A stretch of DNA of 63,988 bases, counting the filler, from Octopus bimaculoides (Eukaryota): assembly GCF_001194135.2 (NCBI RefSeq). It is 6 parts of 6 records of this genome, joined end to end, with 100 filler letters (N's around TTAATTAATTAA, not from the genome) between each part and the next. Parts side by side here need not be neighbours in the genome. Positions count along the whole stretch, not along the records: positions 12,634 to 37,160 come from NC_068983.1; positions 37,261 to 51,815 come from NC_068988.1; 4 more parts are not named here. One strand, written 5' to 3'. Below the pieces are notes generated by a model. It was not told the DNA's origin. It saw only the letters and a list, made by a program, of their open reading frames with translations, and made no database searches. Below, in pieces: positions 24,426-37,309 of this stretch (positions are counted from its first letter, which is position 1; each line of letters opens with the position of its first letter). The position numbers and the translations under genes are program-made.

Positions 24426-25290
24426 ATGCATGTATGTATGTATGTGTATGTATGTGTGTCTACACAGATAAATACTTAAATAGGTAGGTAAATAGATTGA
24501 TAGATAGATATAGATGTGCGTACGCTTATATCTGATATATGTAAATGTTTGTTTATATCTAATATGCTAGCTAATGTCAAATATATATATCTTTATAAAC
24601 ATATGGCGCCTGATTTAGCTTGCAATAAACTGGTAGAAGAGGTGACTTATTGCTATAGACAAAGACAGAAGTAATTTTGGAATTGGTAATTTTAGATAAG
24701 TAATAGAAGGCTAAAAAAGATAGGTTTGTAGTTTATATCTTTGTGAGAAGAACGAACAAAAGTTTTTGTGTTAAAGCACTTTCTGTATCTCACATCTTCC
24801 AGTTGAAGCATTTTTTTATATTTACCTGCAAAATCTGGCAGCTTGCAGATAGTCGTTCAAGAACAGAAGTGATGATTTACTTGTAGAACATAGGTTATCC
24901 GTGCAATCAAACAGCAAAGAAACCCTGGTTCAAGTTCACTCGATGAATTTAAGCATATATTCACCTTTAATGTAGTGTCTAAGATTGGATGTATAAAATT
25001 AAAAGGAATGGTACGGTTTCAATTGTCCTATGATAGAAATTGCAACATTACATTTTCGAAAGGAAAACGTGTGTTTCATGAGCTACAAGTTTTGAGGCAC
25101 ACACAGACACGCACGCACAAGGACACAACATACGCACACGTGTGTATGTTTGTGTGTGAGTAAGTGCGTTTGCTTTTATATAACATATATGAAAAACAAT
25201 TTAACATTGAAAAGAAAAGTCACTCAAGTTGATTACATGTTTATTGCTCACAGTGACTTCGAAGTTTTGGCTTTCTTGCCAGCATTATCA

Positions 25291-25341
<51 letters not shown>

Positions 25342-25351
25342 TGTATATGAA

Positions 25352-25987
25352 TGGATGTGTGGTAAGAAGCTTGCTTCCCAACCACATGGTTCCAGGTTCA
25401 GTCCCACTGCGTGGCACCTTGGGCATGTGTCTTCTCGTACAGCCACAGGCCGACCAAAGCCTCGTGAGTAGATTTCGTAGAGGGAAACTGAAAAAAGCCA
25501 GNNNNNNNNNNNNNNNNNNNNNNNNNNNNNNNNNNNNNNNNNNNNNNNNNNNNNNNNNNNNNNNNNNNNNNNNNNNNNNNNNNNNNNNNNNNNNNNNNNN
25601 NNNNNNNNNNNNNNNNNNNNNNNNNNNNNNNNNNNNNNNNNNNNNNNNNNNNNNNNNNNNNNNNNNNNNNNNNNNNNNNNNNNNNNNNNNNNNNNNNNNN
25701 NNNNNNNNNNNNNNNNNNNNNNNNNNNNNNNNNNNNNNNNNNNNNNNNNNNNNATATATATCTATGTAAGTGTTTGTTGTCTGTGTCTGTGTTTGTCGCC
25801 CTACCATCGCTTGACAACTAATGTTGGTGAGCTTACGTACCCGTAACTTAGCGGTTCAGCAAAAGGAACGGATAGAATAAATACTAGGCTTACAAAGAAT
25901 AAGTCCTTGGGTTATCGATTTATTCGGCTAAATGTGGTGCTGCAGCATGGCCGCAGTGAACTGACTGAAACAAGTAAAAGACTAACA
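25352..25987 (+). mobile_element. SINE family A spanning an N gap at its internal microsatellite
   Basis: 5' modules lie before the gap and 3' modules after it. Confidence 0.85.
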
Positions 25988-26033
25988 GAATATATGTACA
26001 CACATACGCGCACACACATATATTATATATATA

Positions 26034-26071
26034 CTAGCAGAAATACCCGGCTTTGCCCGGGTTAAAGAGAA
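26034..26071 (-). mobile_element. Helitron-type 3' terminus
   Basis: Minus strand reads acccgggcaaagccgggt (GC hairpin), then atttctg, then CTAG followed by T: the canonical hairpin+CTRR end. The remainder lies in a gap. Confidence 0.6.
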
Positions 26072-26847
26072 NNNNNNNNNNNNNNNNNNNNNNNNNNNNN
26101 NNNNNNNNNNNNNNNNNNNNNNNNNNNNNNNNNNNNNNNNNNNNNNNNNNNNNNNNNNNNNNNNNNNNNNNCACACACACACACACACACACGCACGCAC
26201 ACACACATACACACAAACACAGGCACATACAATCACACACGCACGCATACAATATTTATATAGTTGGTAGTAATGCGCTTTTTTTTTTTTGATTTAACGG
26301 CATTTCGATAGCTGAATGTATCCTGCGAACAACATAGATATGATATTCCTTGAAAGAGAAAAATTCAGTGCTTTTCTTTCTTTTTATTTTCTTAATATAA
26401 TTAATTCTTAATTTCTTGAAAGTTTCTCAGTGACAACATTAGGCTACTTTGTTTTCGTTCTCTAAGACGAAATTTCTACTCATTCAAAAATTATTTTTGC
26501 TTACGTCATTCAACGCATCACTACCTGCCAAAACAATCTAAATTTATGGCATTGGCATATTGTATTACTCTCCTTGGCTCACTAACTTTATAATTAGGCA
26601 AAGTAAAACATTCCAAATGAATTCGTATCCCATTTTCTATTTGTAAAAATGATTGTCTGCTGGTCTTGGCTGGCTTCAAAAGACTGTTCCTCGCTAATGC
26701 TTTCTAAATATGCTGAACCATCGCTAGGATGCTTTCTTGTTTTCTTTTTATGCCTCACCAGCGTTACCTAAGCTTTGCAAATGATGATCAGATATTACCC
26801 ACTATACCTGAACAAATTTTGACGTGGGAATGTAAAAATGGATGGAT

Positions 26848-27000
26848 GAAGGCGTGTGGTCTAGGGCTTAGGGTATTACATTCACGACCACACGATCGCT
26901 GGATCATGGGTTCAATTTCCAGATCGGGTGTAGCGTTGTGTTCTTGAGTAAAACACTTCATTTCACCTTCCTCCAATCCACTCAACTGCGAATGGGTCAA
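26848..27000 (+). mobile_element. SINE family B head/CORE-like part (old copy; similar relics at about 16215, 23830 and 58010)
   Basis: gaaggcgtgtgg...gcgttgtgttcttgagtaaaacacttcatttcac. Confidence 0.7.
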
Positions 27001-27129
27001 CCTCTGACGTAGTAGCCTTCCGATAAGGGGGTGATGTTGGCCCGCTCACCCGACCAGCGGGGTGGAGTCATTCGCATCATGACCAGTGTTGTATTGCAAC
27101 ATCCGATAGTCTCGTCCATAACGTCATAC

Positions 27130-27161
<32 letters not shown>

Positions 27162-28678
27162 TTATGTATGTATGTATGTATGTATGTATTTATGTGTGTA
27201 TGTATGTATGTATGTATGTATGTATTTATGTATGCATATTTGCAAGTATGTATGTATTCACGTATGTATGAATGTATGTATGAATGTATAAGTGTAAGTA
27301 TGTATGCATGTTTCTATGTATGAATGTATAAATGTGTGTATGCGTGTATGTATGAATGTATAAATGTATGCATGCATGTATAACTGTATGTACGTGTGTA
27401 TGCATGTATGCCTGTGCTATGTAGCAAGGTTCTCGTGGATGATTTGTCACAATACATCATAATTTATGTTTTGCTCAAAACTATTCTGATTGATTACCTG
27501 TTATTAGCATTGTTCAATGTCGGTGTTAATGCAGTCGTCATTTTATGCCTCTTTAGCCATCCTAGCTGAGATACTTGCCGAATAAAGTCACATTTTTCTA
27601 TAATTATATTTGGTACAAATGAGTATAATCTAAATACGAGTATATCTGACAGTCTTGTTAACTCTAATTAGCAGATTATATTTTGGTAACGCATGATAGA
27701 ATGTTGCGAAAACTCTACCTATTCTGTTTAGGAATGCAGAGAGGCTGTTAGTCTTTAATAATGTTGTTTTATTGGGTACCACCAGGTTATTTCAGTTCAG
27801 TATGGAGTATGTTGGTGTTCTTAATTATATTTTAACACAGCCAAATTCCGAGAAAGTAATCAAAGAGCGGTTTGAAAAAAACATGCCGGTATTTATTTGC
27901 TTAAATACACAACCGTATGTAAGAGATACTCCCATTATTGGTGGTTGCTGCTGGTTTGATGGTGGTGGTGTTTGATGGGGATGGGAATGTAACGGTGTAG
28001 TGGTGGTGGCGGTGGTGGTGAGGTTTAGCTCAAAGTCACCTTATTCCAGCAGATCTATAATGAAAGGTTTCCCACGGTTAAGCATTGCTTGAATGAGAGT
28101 TGGATGTTATTTGTAGCAACCTCAACTTATTCAAACACTTTATTATTTCCCTGTTGGATTGAGCAATATTTCTTTCTTCGGGAGAAAGTCACTATTATAA
28201 GTGATGGGGGTGGGGTGGGGGAAGAGACAAATTGCAGACAATAAAGGGTCAATCATATACACCCACCTGTGTATCATGTGTGGTGGCTTAAATGACAATG
28301 TGCTCCCTATGGGGACATTTTCGTTTTCCTCTATTTTTGCGTTGTGAGTTCAAATCGCTCCTAGGTCAACATTGGGATTCATTCTTACATAATCGATAAA
28401 ATGAAGTAAATTAGAATCGAATTATTTGATTGACTTCCTATCCCTGAATAGCTTCCACTTATTTGAACTAGTTTGTCAGAAATAGTTTGCGTTCAAATCT
28501 CCAACCGTGGCCAATTCTGGCTTTCATCGTTCTACGTTGATAAGACGATATTTACTGTTATCAACATAATCCATAAAAATCTCTCAGTAATGTCTAGATA
28601 TTATCGATTAGTGGTTCCTAACAGTGGGACGCTTCTTTATCGTTTGTCGTCGTCTTCGTAATGGTTTCTATGTGCAAG

Positions 28679-28812
28679 AATCTCCCCGAGAACTACGTTA
28701 AGGGTACGCACGTCTGTGGAGTGCTCAGCCACATGCATGTTAATCTCACCAGCAGAGTCATTCATTGATCGGATCAACTGGAACACTCATAGTCGTAAAC
28801 GACGGAATGCCA
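28679..28812 (+). mobile_element. SINE family E, 3' fragment
   Basis: aatctccccgagaactacgttaagggtacgcacgtctgtggagtgctcagcc. Confidence 0.8.
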
Positions 28813-29424
28813 TTTCCGTTGACTAACTTCAACTCAACCTTGATCGAGTTGACAAGATCAAAGACAATCCAGTCGTGACAATCACATCTTTTTTCCATCT
28901 TCAGGGATCCCAAGATCATATTAGCACACGTGAAACTTTGAAGGTGGAAGAGAATAATGTGATGGGCATTCAACTGCTATTACTAGCAAGTGAAATAAGC
29001 AGCTGAAAGCCACCCACATTATCTCACATAAGTAATGGATTAAATGACTCAATGTAATTCTCGTCCTACGCACAATTTCACTTGTTTCATCTTTCGTTCT
29101 AATGGAATCATATCTGTTTACGTCTATACAATATTTAAACATGTAGGCGGTAGAACTTGGCACATTGTATAATCCTGGCTTTCTTTACGATGCTAATACA
29201 CAATACACATAGTTAACGTTTACAAACAAGACGAACAGTAATAATCGTCGTTGATCACAATGTCAGCCAGAAATACCGGGAGAAAGCAAAACGATTAATG
29301 TAAGAGAACAACTTACAGCTGGCAACACACACACATACGCATGTATATGCAATTCATATGTATGATGTATATGTATAAATATGTATATATATACATATAA
29401 ATGTATACACACACATACATATAC

Positions 29425-29469
<45 letters not shown>

Positions 29470-29482
29470 GACATGCATGTGG

Positions 29483-30463
29483 AATTCATAGAAGTGTTTT
29501 TCGGCAAAACTGACAGTCACCCAATGCCCTTCGATGAAAAGCAACTCCACACAGGAATGGTTTCTGTGTGCTTGACTGTGGGCGCGATACGAGCCTCATC
29601 ATAGCGTTCAACTTGCTGCCTTCTGACGAGCCTTTTTTCCAGATGTCCCAAACAATTGAAATGGTGCTTCATCAGAAAAAATCACTTTGTTCCATTGTTC
29701 ACTAGACCCATTTATATATTTTCTGCAAAAGGCAAGCCTTCTTTCACGTTTTTCTTGGACAAAAAAAGTTCCTTTGAAGCATTCCGTGAAACGAGACCAT
29801 TGTCAAGAAGCCATCGTGAAACAGTTCCAGCTGAAATGCTGGCAAAAGCTGATTCCCACTCTTTAGCAAGTCTTTGCTGGTGGCACTTTGATTCCTCAAT
29901 GAAATTCTCACTGAAGCCCTGTCTTGAGGGTCACAGGACAGATGTTGACGACCAGGGGCCTTCTTCAGAGCTATGGATCCTGTTTCTTTGAAAGTTTTTT
30001 TTTTATAATCCTGTACTCAGTTCTTTCAGGTGCAATGCCTTTAGCAACAATATCCTGCGTTGTTAGGCCATTTTGGTAGAGAGAAATTATTGACGGACTG
30101 CAATAAAAGAAAAATTTTTGTGAGGAAAAAGAGCATTCATTAATTAAAAATCAATCATAAAAGACTCATGACATCATACATAACTTTACTTAGTGTTCTG
30201 ATGACTAATTATTAGTTGATTAGTGTTCATATGATTCCAACATGAAATCATGAAGTGGAATGTGATTTCCACTTGTAGGGAACATAACCAATTCCGCAAA
30301 CTGATGATTATTTTGCAATATCTATTGGTTTCCAACAGTTTTTCTTTCAAATCTTATTGGATTAAAGATAATCTGTTAAAATAATATTAAATCATTAACA
30401 TTTACATTTTTCATACGAAATAGCGAAAAAAACGGTGTTTGCGAAAATCATTGGCCACGACTG
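29483..30463 (-). mobile_element. Tc1-like transposon, 5' half
   Basis: Minus strand starts TA-CAGTCGTGGCCAATGATTTTCG (Tc1-type TIR). Decayed frames give ...RLVRRQQVERYDEARIAPTVKHTETIPVWSCFSSKGIG (Tc1 PTVKHGGGSVMVWGCF region). Confidence 0.85.
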
Positions 30464-30587
30464 TATGTACATACATATATATATATGTACATACATATAT
30501 ATATGTACATACATATATATATATATATGTACATACATACGTATGCATGTCTGTCTGTCTGTCTGTCTGTATGTATGTATGTATGTA

Positions 30588-31620
30588 TTATTATTATTTC
30601 AAGATTTCGTGCCAAGAGAGTAAGGGCTGGTTTCTAATCTAGATCCAAAGGTCCTTCTTTGAAATTTCAAAATCAACAGCAGGGTCATTTTGTATGTATG
30701 TATACGTGCAAATTTGTATATTTCGTTTTATGTATATATTCTCATGAATATAGATGTATACTTAGACATGCTCATATATACTTAAGTGATAAACTTCTGG
30801 AAAGTTTTACAGATGTTTGTAGTTCCAGTGATCGATTCGATCTGTAGTCTTTGAATCAGCTTTCTCCTTTCTGGTTTAGAGAAGCCTAATTTCTCAACAT
30901 TGGGATTTAGGCTGTGTGTTACATATCCCAGGACCCCCGATAATTACAGATATAAGCTTGAACTTATAATCTGGATAGATAAACTGCAATTTTTGATGGC
31001 TTTATGTTAACATCCGTTGGGCAGCTGATTTCCGCAACTTCACATAGGTTCTCTTCTCTATCACACTCATTATATTAAGTCTATTGCGTTTACATTTTAT
31101 TGAAGATTTCACTGGGATATTCCACCGGTAATCCTTTTTATTATGAGTGACTATGGCTTCCACCATACTGTGGGCCCTTATTTCTTTGTCCTTGGTGTAA
31201 TATTTTCCACGGATCCCATTATACAGCGACCTAGCTACAAGATCATATCTGATCGATAGATAATACCGTGATGACATTTTCAGACTAACTCCATAAAGTC
31301 TGCATCGGTTGTCACATTTTCCTGCATCTCTGTCCCTTTTGTGAATCAAGTACTTGGTTGATATTTCCTGTTCCTGGATTGCAGACGCATATCCTTTAAA
31401 GTGAGAAGTAGTAAACCGGCTATTGATCCACGATACACTCCTTTGATGATCAATGTTACGATCATCTTGAAGCTTTCTACTAACATATCCATGCATGGTC
31501 TTCTGCTCATATAGGCTCATTCTTTCATCTGGTGACTCACTGCGGTAGAGTCGTATGGCTTCTTTGGGTTATCAGACAAGGAATGCTGCTGAAGGAACTG
31601 CTTTCCAAATCTTAGGCTGT
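30588..31620 (-). mobile_element. R4-clade non-LTR fragment with 3' end
   Basis: HGYVSRKLQDD..IDHQRSVSW..AIQEQEISTKYL...CRL...RYDLVARSLY and terminal GYVTHSLNPNVEKLGFSKPERRKLIQRLQIESITGTTNICKTFQKFIT*; short (TAA) tail. Confidence 0.85.
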
Positions 31621-31647
31621 TATATATGTATGTATGCATGTACGTAT

Positions 31648-32440
31648 GTCATTATTACGTTTATCTCAAGATTTCTTGCCAATAGAGAAAGAATCGGTTT
31701 CTAACCTAGTTCAAGGCTCTTTCATTGGAATTTCTACATCAACAACAGGGTATATTTGTATGTATGTATGTATGTAGGTATGTATGTAGCATATGGTACA
31801 ATTATATACAGGGCAAATTTTGGCCATTCCTCCGCAGGCTGAAAAAAATGATGAGCAACCTTAATCGATTTCCGAACCTTATTGTGTTTTCATCAGAGGC
31901 GTCTACATCATTCTGACAGTGTCCCGAGAAACAAGTAGCCAAACTGTTTACATACTCAGCAAATGCAATTATTCAATGAAGGAATCCCTAATTTGCATAC
32001 CTAAATTGTCTAACACTCTATAAATATCAGCGGCATGTCAACGTGGATGTATGTTTGTGCAGATTTGTATGTCTTATGTGTATACTCTCATGCATATAAT
32101 TGCATATCTAGACATGCTCATATATATTTAAATGATAGACTTCTGGAAATTCTACATATTTTTACAGTTCCCGTGAAGGATTGGATCTGTAGTTTTCGAA
32201 TTAGCTTACTCCTTTCTGGCTTTGAGAAGCCTAATTTCTTAAGACTGGTATTTAGGCAATGTGTTCCATATCCCAGGGCCCCAATAATTACAGGTTTATA
32301 CCTGTAATTATTGGGGCCCTGGGATATGGAACAAATTTCTCAATAGTTCAACATAGGTATTCACTTTTCCACTGATCTTCAGCTTTATGTTAACATCCGG
32401 TGGGCAGCTAATTTCCACAACTGTGCAATTTCTCTTCTCT
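31648..32440 (-). mobile_element. Second, rearranged copy of the same R4-clade 3' region
   Basis: Repeats the 3' UTR and C-terminus of 30588-31060. Carries an about 250-bp insert (about 31790-32047) and a foldback at 32262-32333. Confidence 0.8.
32262..32333. repeat. Perfect hairpin: 34-bp arms, 4-nt loop
   Basis: tgttccatatcccagggccccaataattacaggt-ttat-acctgtaattattggggccctgggatatggaaca. Confidence 0.95.
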
Positions 32441-33266
32441 ATCTATACTATGTATGTATGTATGTATGTATGACGGTATGTATGTATGTATGTATGTACA
32501 ATATAAGACTAGCACTGCTGTAAAATGTGTATCTAATTTGACTTGAGTATAATTTGAAATGATGAATGTCCATTGTTTTAGGAAATATGTGGCAGTAAAA
32601 TCTACCAGTTGCATAATGATGTTTTATTTTGTCATCAGTGTGGCGTTGCACAACATTTTTCTGTTACGTTCGCAAAGTATATTTTTGTGTGAAGAAATTC
32701 TTTAATTTTAATGTTATCACGCGGAAGGCAAAATGACAGCACGTCCGTTTTCTATTCTTGTTATTATTCTGAGAGTTATTTTCGTAGTTAAACTTAATAT
32801 TTTCTAGATTATTTGTAAATACTTTTGTTTCGTTTTATTTGTGCGTGTAAAGACCTTGTAAAATTGTTTATATAACGTGTGTTAATGTATCGTCTGTCTT
32901 TCTTGATTGTGTTTAAAAGTGTTGAGATATTATTTCTGTTTAGAGAATTTATTGTTCGCACCAGAATTCTAGCCAAGATAGTCCTCCCTTCTTTTTTATG
33001 TTATATTCTGTATTTATTTTAATGTTTAAACATTAGAGTAGACTGTAGTGGGGGTAGTTTTTGAGGAAGGTTCGCTACAATTTTTTGCGAATCAAATGAC
33101 CAGACAGGTGATTACCCACGGAATGTTAGAACCACATAGAGTCATCGTCTCTAACTGGCGACATTGTCGTGTCGCCTTCGCTAGAAAATGCAAGCAGGAG
33201 GAAGTGCCTCCTTTCCCAGCTAAAATGTAGCAATGTCATCATGGACATGAGGTGTTGCATAGGAAT

Positions 33267-33329
<63 letters not shown>

Positions 33330-33476
33330 GGGAGGAGAGAATGAGAGAGAGCGGGGGGAGAGAGAATGAGAGCAAAGAAACGTGATATATAGATATTAAA
33401 ATAATGCATATTGTTAACGTATTCTTTGAAGTAATGAGGCTTAAATTTTGTAAATTAATTGCATCCTATTCTTCAG

Positions 33477-33842
33477 GAAAGATACTTTTTGACCTTGACC
33501 TGCCTGTCACAGCTGAAATGTGGCTTCGGAGGGCGACTCAGATGAGTCAGCGAAAAGATCTGGAAGCTGCTACACTCTTCCAGAAAATCCGAGTCCATCG
33601 ATTATATCATCCCCTGGTGAAAGATTCTAAAGTGAAAGTAGATTTTACAGAATTTGGACGTGCCGTAGTGGCGAGACAAGATATAAAGGCTGGTGATGTA
33701 GTCCTTGCTGATCAACCTGCGGTTTTTGCTCAGCTATTAGAGAAGGATCCGGTGTTGGCCTGTCCAAATTGTGCCAAGTCTATGATGTCAGCACAAGATT
33801 ACTTCGGTTCAAGTGCTTTAAAAAAGAATAAAACTCTAAAAG
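33477..33842 (+). CDS. Internal coding exon of a SMYD-family (SET and MYND) lysine methyltransferase: TPR-like tail, SET-N segment and first CxxC of MYND
   Basis: Acceptor ctattcttcAG at 33475-76 and donor G|GTAAGT at 33843. Open frame GKILFDLDLPVTAEMWLRRATQMSQRKDLEAATLFQKI...FGRAVVARQDIKAGDVVLADQPAV...CPNC; the GRxxxAxxxIxxGxxxxxxxP pattern is the SET-N motif. Phase 1 at both ends. Confidence 0.9.
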
Positions 33843-34138
33843 GTAAGTCACATCTACCACTGTATTAGTCCACACTAACCAAATTCTTGAACTGTCATTT
33901 CCTAAAATGGAATTCATCTCTCGTCTATTGGGATCATATTCAATATTACCGTTTAACAATCGGCCAAAATTAGAAACTCGGAGAAACGATGTGCGAGTTT
34001 CTGCTTCCAATAAATTATTGTTAAATAAAATTATTTCCTTTATTATGCAATCTCGTTTCTTCTTGTCTAGCATAAAGTGTATACACACACATGCGTATAC
34101 ATATATATGCATATGTATGTACACAATGTATTTATATG

Positions 34139-34169
<31 letters not shown>

Positions 34170-34250
34170 GTTTATATATACATATATATATGTGTGCGTA
34201 TATATGTATATATATGTATGTATGTGTATATATGCGTTTTTTTTTTTAAT

Positions 34251-34773
34251 ACTGGGAATCAGATGATTGTTAGATGGGACCAAATCAGGAGAGCAGGGAG
34301 GGTGATCAGCCAATTCAAAGCCACAGTTACGCACCGCACAGCAGCCATTGAAGCGGAAAGGCTTGTGTGCTGGAGCAAATGTTCTGATGAAGCAAGACGC
34401 CTTTCGTCAGTTTTCCTGGGTGTTTGATAGGCTTTCGTTACTGCATCAGCAAGGAGGCATGGCTCCATTCACTGATAGTGCAGTCCTTTTGAAGATGGTC
34501 ACAACAAACCCGAGGCCATCATCTTCTCTGCAGATGAAATGACCTTGACCTTCTCTGGAGCTGGGAAGGAGAGGGTGTTTCCACTGCATAGATTGTTTCT
34601 GTATCCCTTGTTTCAAAGTGATGAAACTGACGCTCATCTTGGGTTGGGAAATGTTCAAGGAAACCAGTTGGATTTGCCTCAGACAATGTCAGATTGTCAC
34701 GTGATGTGATCAGCCTGATGCGCTTTTGATAAGAAAACTTCGTAATGCCAAGTTCATTGTGTAGAATCTTCTC

Positions 34774-34853
<80 letters not shown>

Positions 34854-35279
34854 ATGCTAATAGCATTGGCTATTAGATTTTTAATAATCCATCAAAATGT
34901 GGTGAACATACTCTATGTTTTCCCCAGTGCTGGCAATTTCAGGACGTTCAGACCTTGAGTCATCTCCAAGACTCTCCCTTCTAAAATTCAGTTGTCAACT
35001 TTTGCAGTGTTCATAAAGCTAGAATGTCATCCTCTAATTTAAGGAACATGTCAGCATGAATGCCTTTGGAACTAAATCCTTATACTGCAGGCACTTGATA
35101 ACACCACAAAGCCAAATTGTGTTCATTTTGAAGAGAAGTCCCTACTGGTTCTTTGAACAGTCCAATGTCAGTTTAGCTGGGTAAAAACAATTAATGAGAA
35201 GAGCTGAAATTATTGTATGCAAGATTTAACAACACTAGTATTACTCTTTCATAGTCAGCCTATGAACATTTCAGATATG
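34251..35279 (-). mobile_element. Mariner relic inside the SMYD intron
   Basis: Minus frames give GVIKCLQYKDLVPK/GIHADM...SLGDDSRSERPEI, VEKILHNELGITK, QDERQFHHFET and CGFELADHPPCSPDLVPSNNHL. Interrupted by (CT)n at about 34775-34850. Confidence 0.85.
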
Positions 35280-35863
35280 TACAGAGAGAGTGAAAGAGAA
35301 AAAGAGAGATATTTGTATATCATACTTAAAACAAATACGGTACAGAAAGCCTCATAAAAGGCGATATTCGTCTCAAGTTAGCATCACTTAGACATTTAGT
35401 GATAAAGAATCAGAAATATATCGGCAACAGACAAAAATATTCCAGCAGCGGTGGTGACATTGGCATTGCTAAGATCATATAAACATATTTCCTAAATGTC
35501 TATAAAAGGTGCTTCCTGGAGACGAATACCACGGTTTTCAGGCTTTCAAGAGTATTTCTATATTAAGTATGATATACATATTGCTATTTAGAACTAACAC
35601 TTCTTCCCTCGCTAATAACGCATGTGCGCACACACATATGGATACGTATATGTATGCATACATATATACATACATACACGCGTGCGTGCAACCCTCCCTC
35701 CCCACGTGTTTATTATCCAGTTATATTTTAGTTATATTTTACATGCCTAATGACTGAAATGGGATCTTATCAAAATCATTTGTTATTCATTTTCTTTTTC
35801 TTGTTTTTCTTTGTTTGTATATGCATCTAGATATCTGCTTTTATATTTATATTTCATATTCAG

Positions 35864-36206
35864 CCGCTGTTACCAAATACTGGCCAATCGTACCACGGAT
35901 TCCTTGCAATGGATGCAACGAAGAAATATATTGTTCGGAAATCTGTCGTGATGAAGCCTGGTCGCATTATCACGAAGTTCTGTGTCCATCTGTCAATTCG
36001 GAAGCTCATAAGCTGTACGAGCTTTGTCAGAAAGTCAAAGAATTAGGTGAAGATCGACGAAAAATATGGAGCGCCAGTTTTAGTCCAACTATCCTTGCTC
36101 GAATTTGGGCTGCCATCATTTGCCACGCGAAGAGACTGGCTGCTGGAAATGGTTCCTCCACCCCTACACAGATGCAATGGGCTATTGCTAAATCTCCATA
36201 CAGACG
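35864..36206 (+). CDS. Next coding exon of the same SMYD gene: rest of the MYND finger and SET-I helices
   Basis: Acceptor ttcatattcAG at 35862-63. Phase-1 join G+CC=Ala gives ...NKTLK-A-AVTKYW... Contains CNGC-x5-CSEIC-x8-H-x3-C. Probable donor CG|GTACAG at 36207 (phase 2). Confidence 0.9.
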
Positions 36207-36229
36207 GTACAGTCTATAATTTATACTGC

Positions 36230-36305
<76 letters not shown>

Positions 36306-36602
36306 NNNNNNNNNNNNNNNNNNNNNNNNNNNNNNNNNNNNNNNNNNNNNNNNNNNNNNNNNNNNNNNNNNNNNNNNNNNNNNNNNNNNNNNNNNNNNNN
36401 NNNNNNNNNNNNNNNNNNNNNNNNNNNNNNNNNNNNNNNNNNNNNNNNNNNNNNNNNNNNNNNNNNNNNNNNNNNNNNNNNNNNNNNNNNNNNNNNNNNN
36501 NNNNNNNNNNNNNNNNNNNNNNNNNNNNNNNNNNNNNNNNNNNNNNNNNNNNNNNNNNNNNNNNNNNNNNNNNNNNNNNNNNNNNNNNNNNNNNNNNCAC
36601 GC

Positions 36603-36638
<36 letters not shown>

Positions 36639-36678
36639 ACACACACACACACTATATATTTATCTGCAAGTTTTTATT

Positions 36679-36743
36679 TCTGCAGTTCTGTATTTAAGAG
36701 ATGAGGAATTATGTACATTATTAACAATATTTACATTTGACGG
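36679..36743 (-). mobile_element. Short end fragment of the element inserted at 853-984
   Basis: Reverse-complement match to 925-984. Confidence 0.6.
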
Positions 36744-36879
36744 AGTGTGTGTGTGTGTGTCCATTACCCGAGCTGCGTTCTTTATGTTTGAGCGCATGTG
36801 TGTGGATCAGTGTGCGTGCGCATACGCATGTATGCATGAATATGTGTATATATGTGTGTGTATGTGTGTATGTGTATGT

Positions 36880-37075
36880 GTGTGTGTGTGTGTCTATGTT
36901 TGTCTTCCCACCCAGCACGCTTCATTACCGATGCTGGTGCGTTTGCGCTCCCGTAAATTAGTGGTTCGGCAAAAGACGCCGATAGAATAAGTCCTAGAGC
37001 CGATATGCTCGACTAATGCCATTGCTCCAGCGTGGCCGCAATCAAAATGACTGATTCAAGTAATAGAATAAAAAG
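36880..37075 (+). mobile_element. SINE family A, 3' module
   Basis: Matches other copies. Confidence 0.75.
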
Positions 37076-37260
37076 AATATATAATAAATTAACAAATAAA
37101 TAAATAAATAAATAAATAAATAAGCTGGCCTCAATGTAATTTCACTAAGTAATGTTATCCNNNNNNNNNNNNNNNNNNNNNNNNNNNNNNNNNNNNNNNN
37201 NNNNTTAATTAATTAANNNNNNNNNNNNNNNNNNNNNNNNNNNNNNNNNNNNNNNNNNNN

Positions 37261-37299
<39 letters not shown>

Positions 37300-37309
37300 G
37301 CACACACAC

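Noticed and set aside
24826-24924. 99-nt minus-strand symmetric exon candidate (VSLLFDCTDNLCSTSKSSLLFLNDYLQAARFC)
   Set aside because: Good donor but weak acceptor, no partner exons and no recognisable domain. It is expected by chance.
28905-28990. Strong acceptor followed by GSQDHISTRETLKVEENNVMGIQLLLLA as a possible upstream SMYD exon
   Set aside because: The donor is weak, the peptide is not convincingly TPR-like, and it adjoins SINE-derived sequence.
31002-31520. 172-aa ORF as a host gene
   Set aside because: It is R4-clade retrotransposon sequence with a degenerate zinc knuckle.
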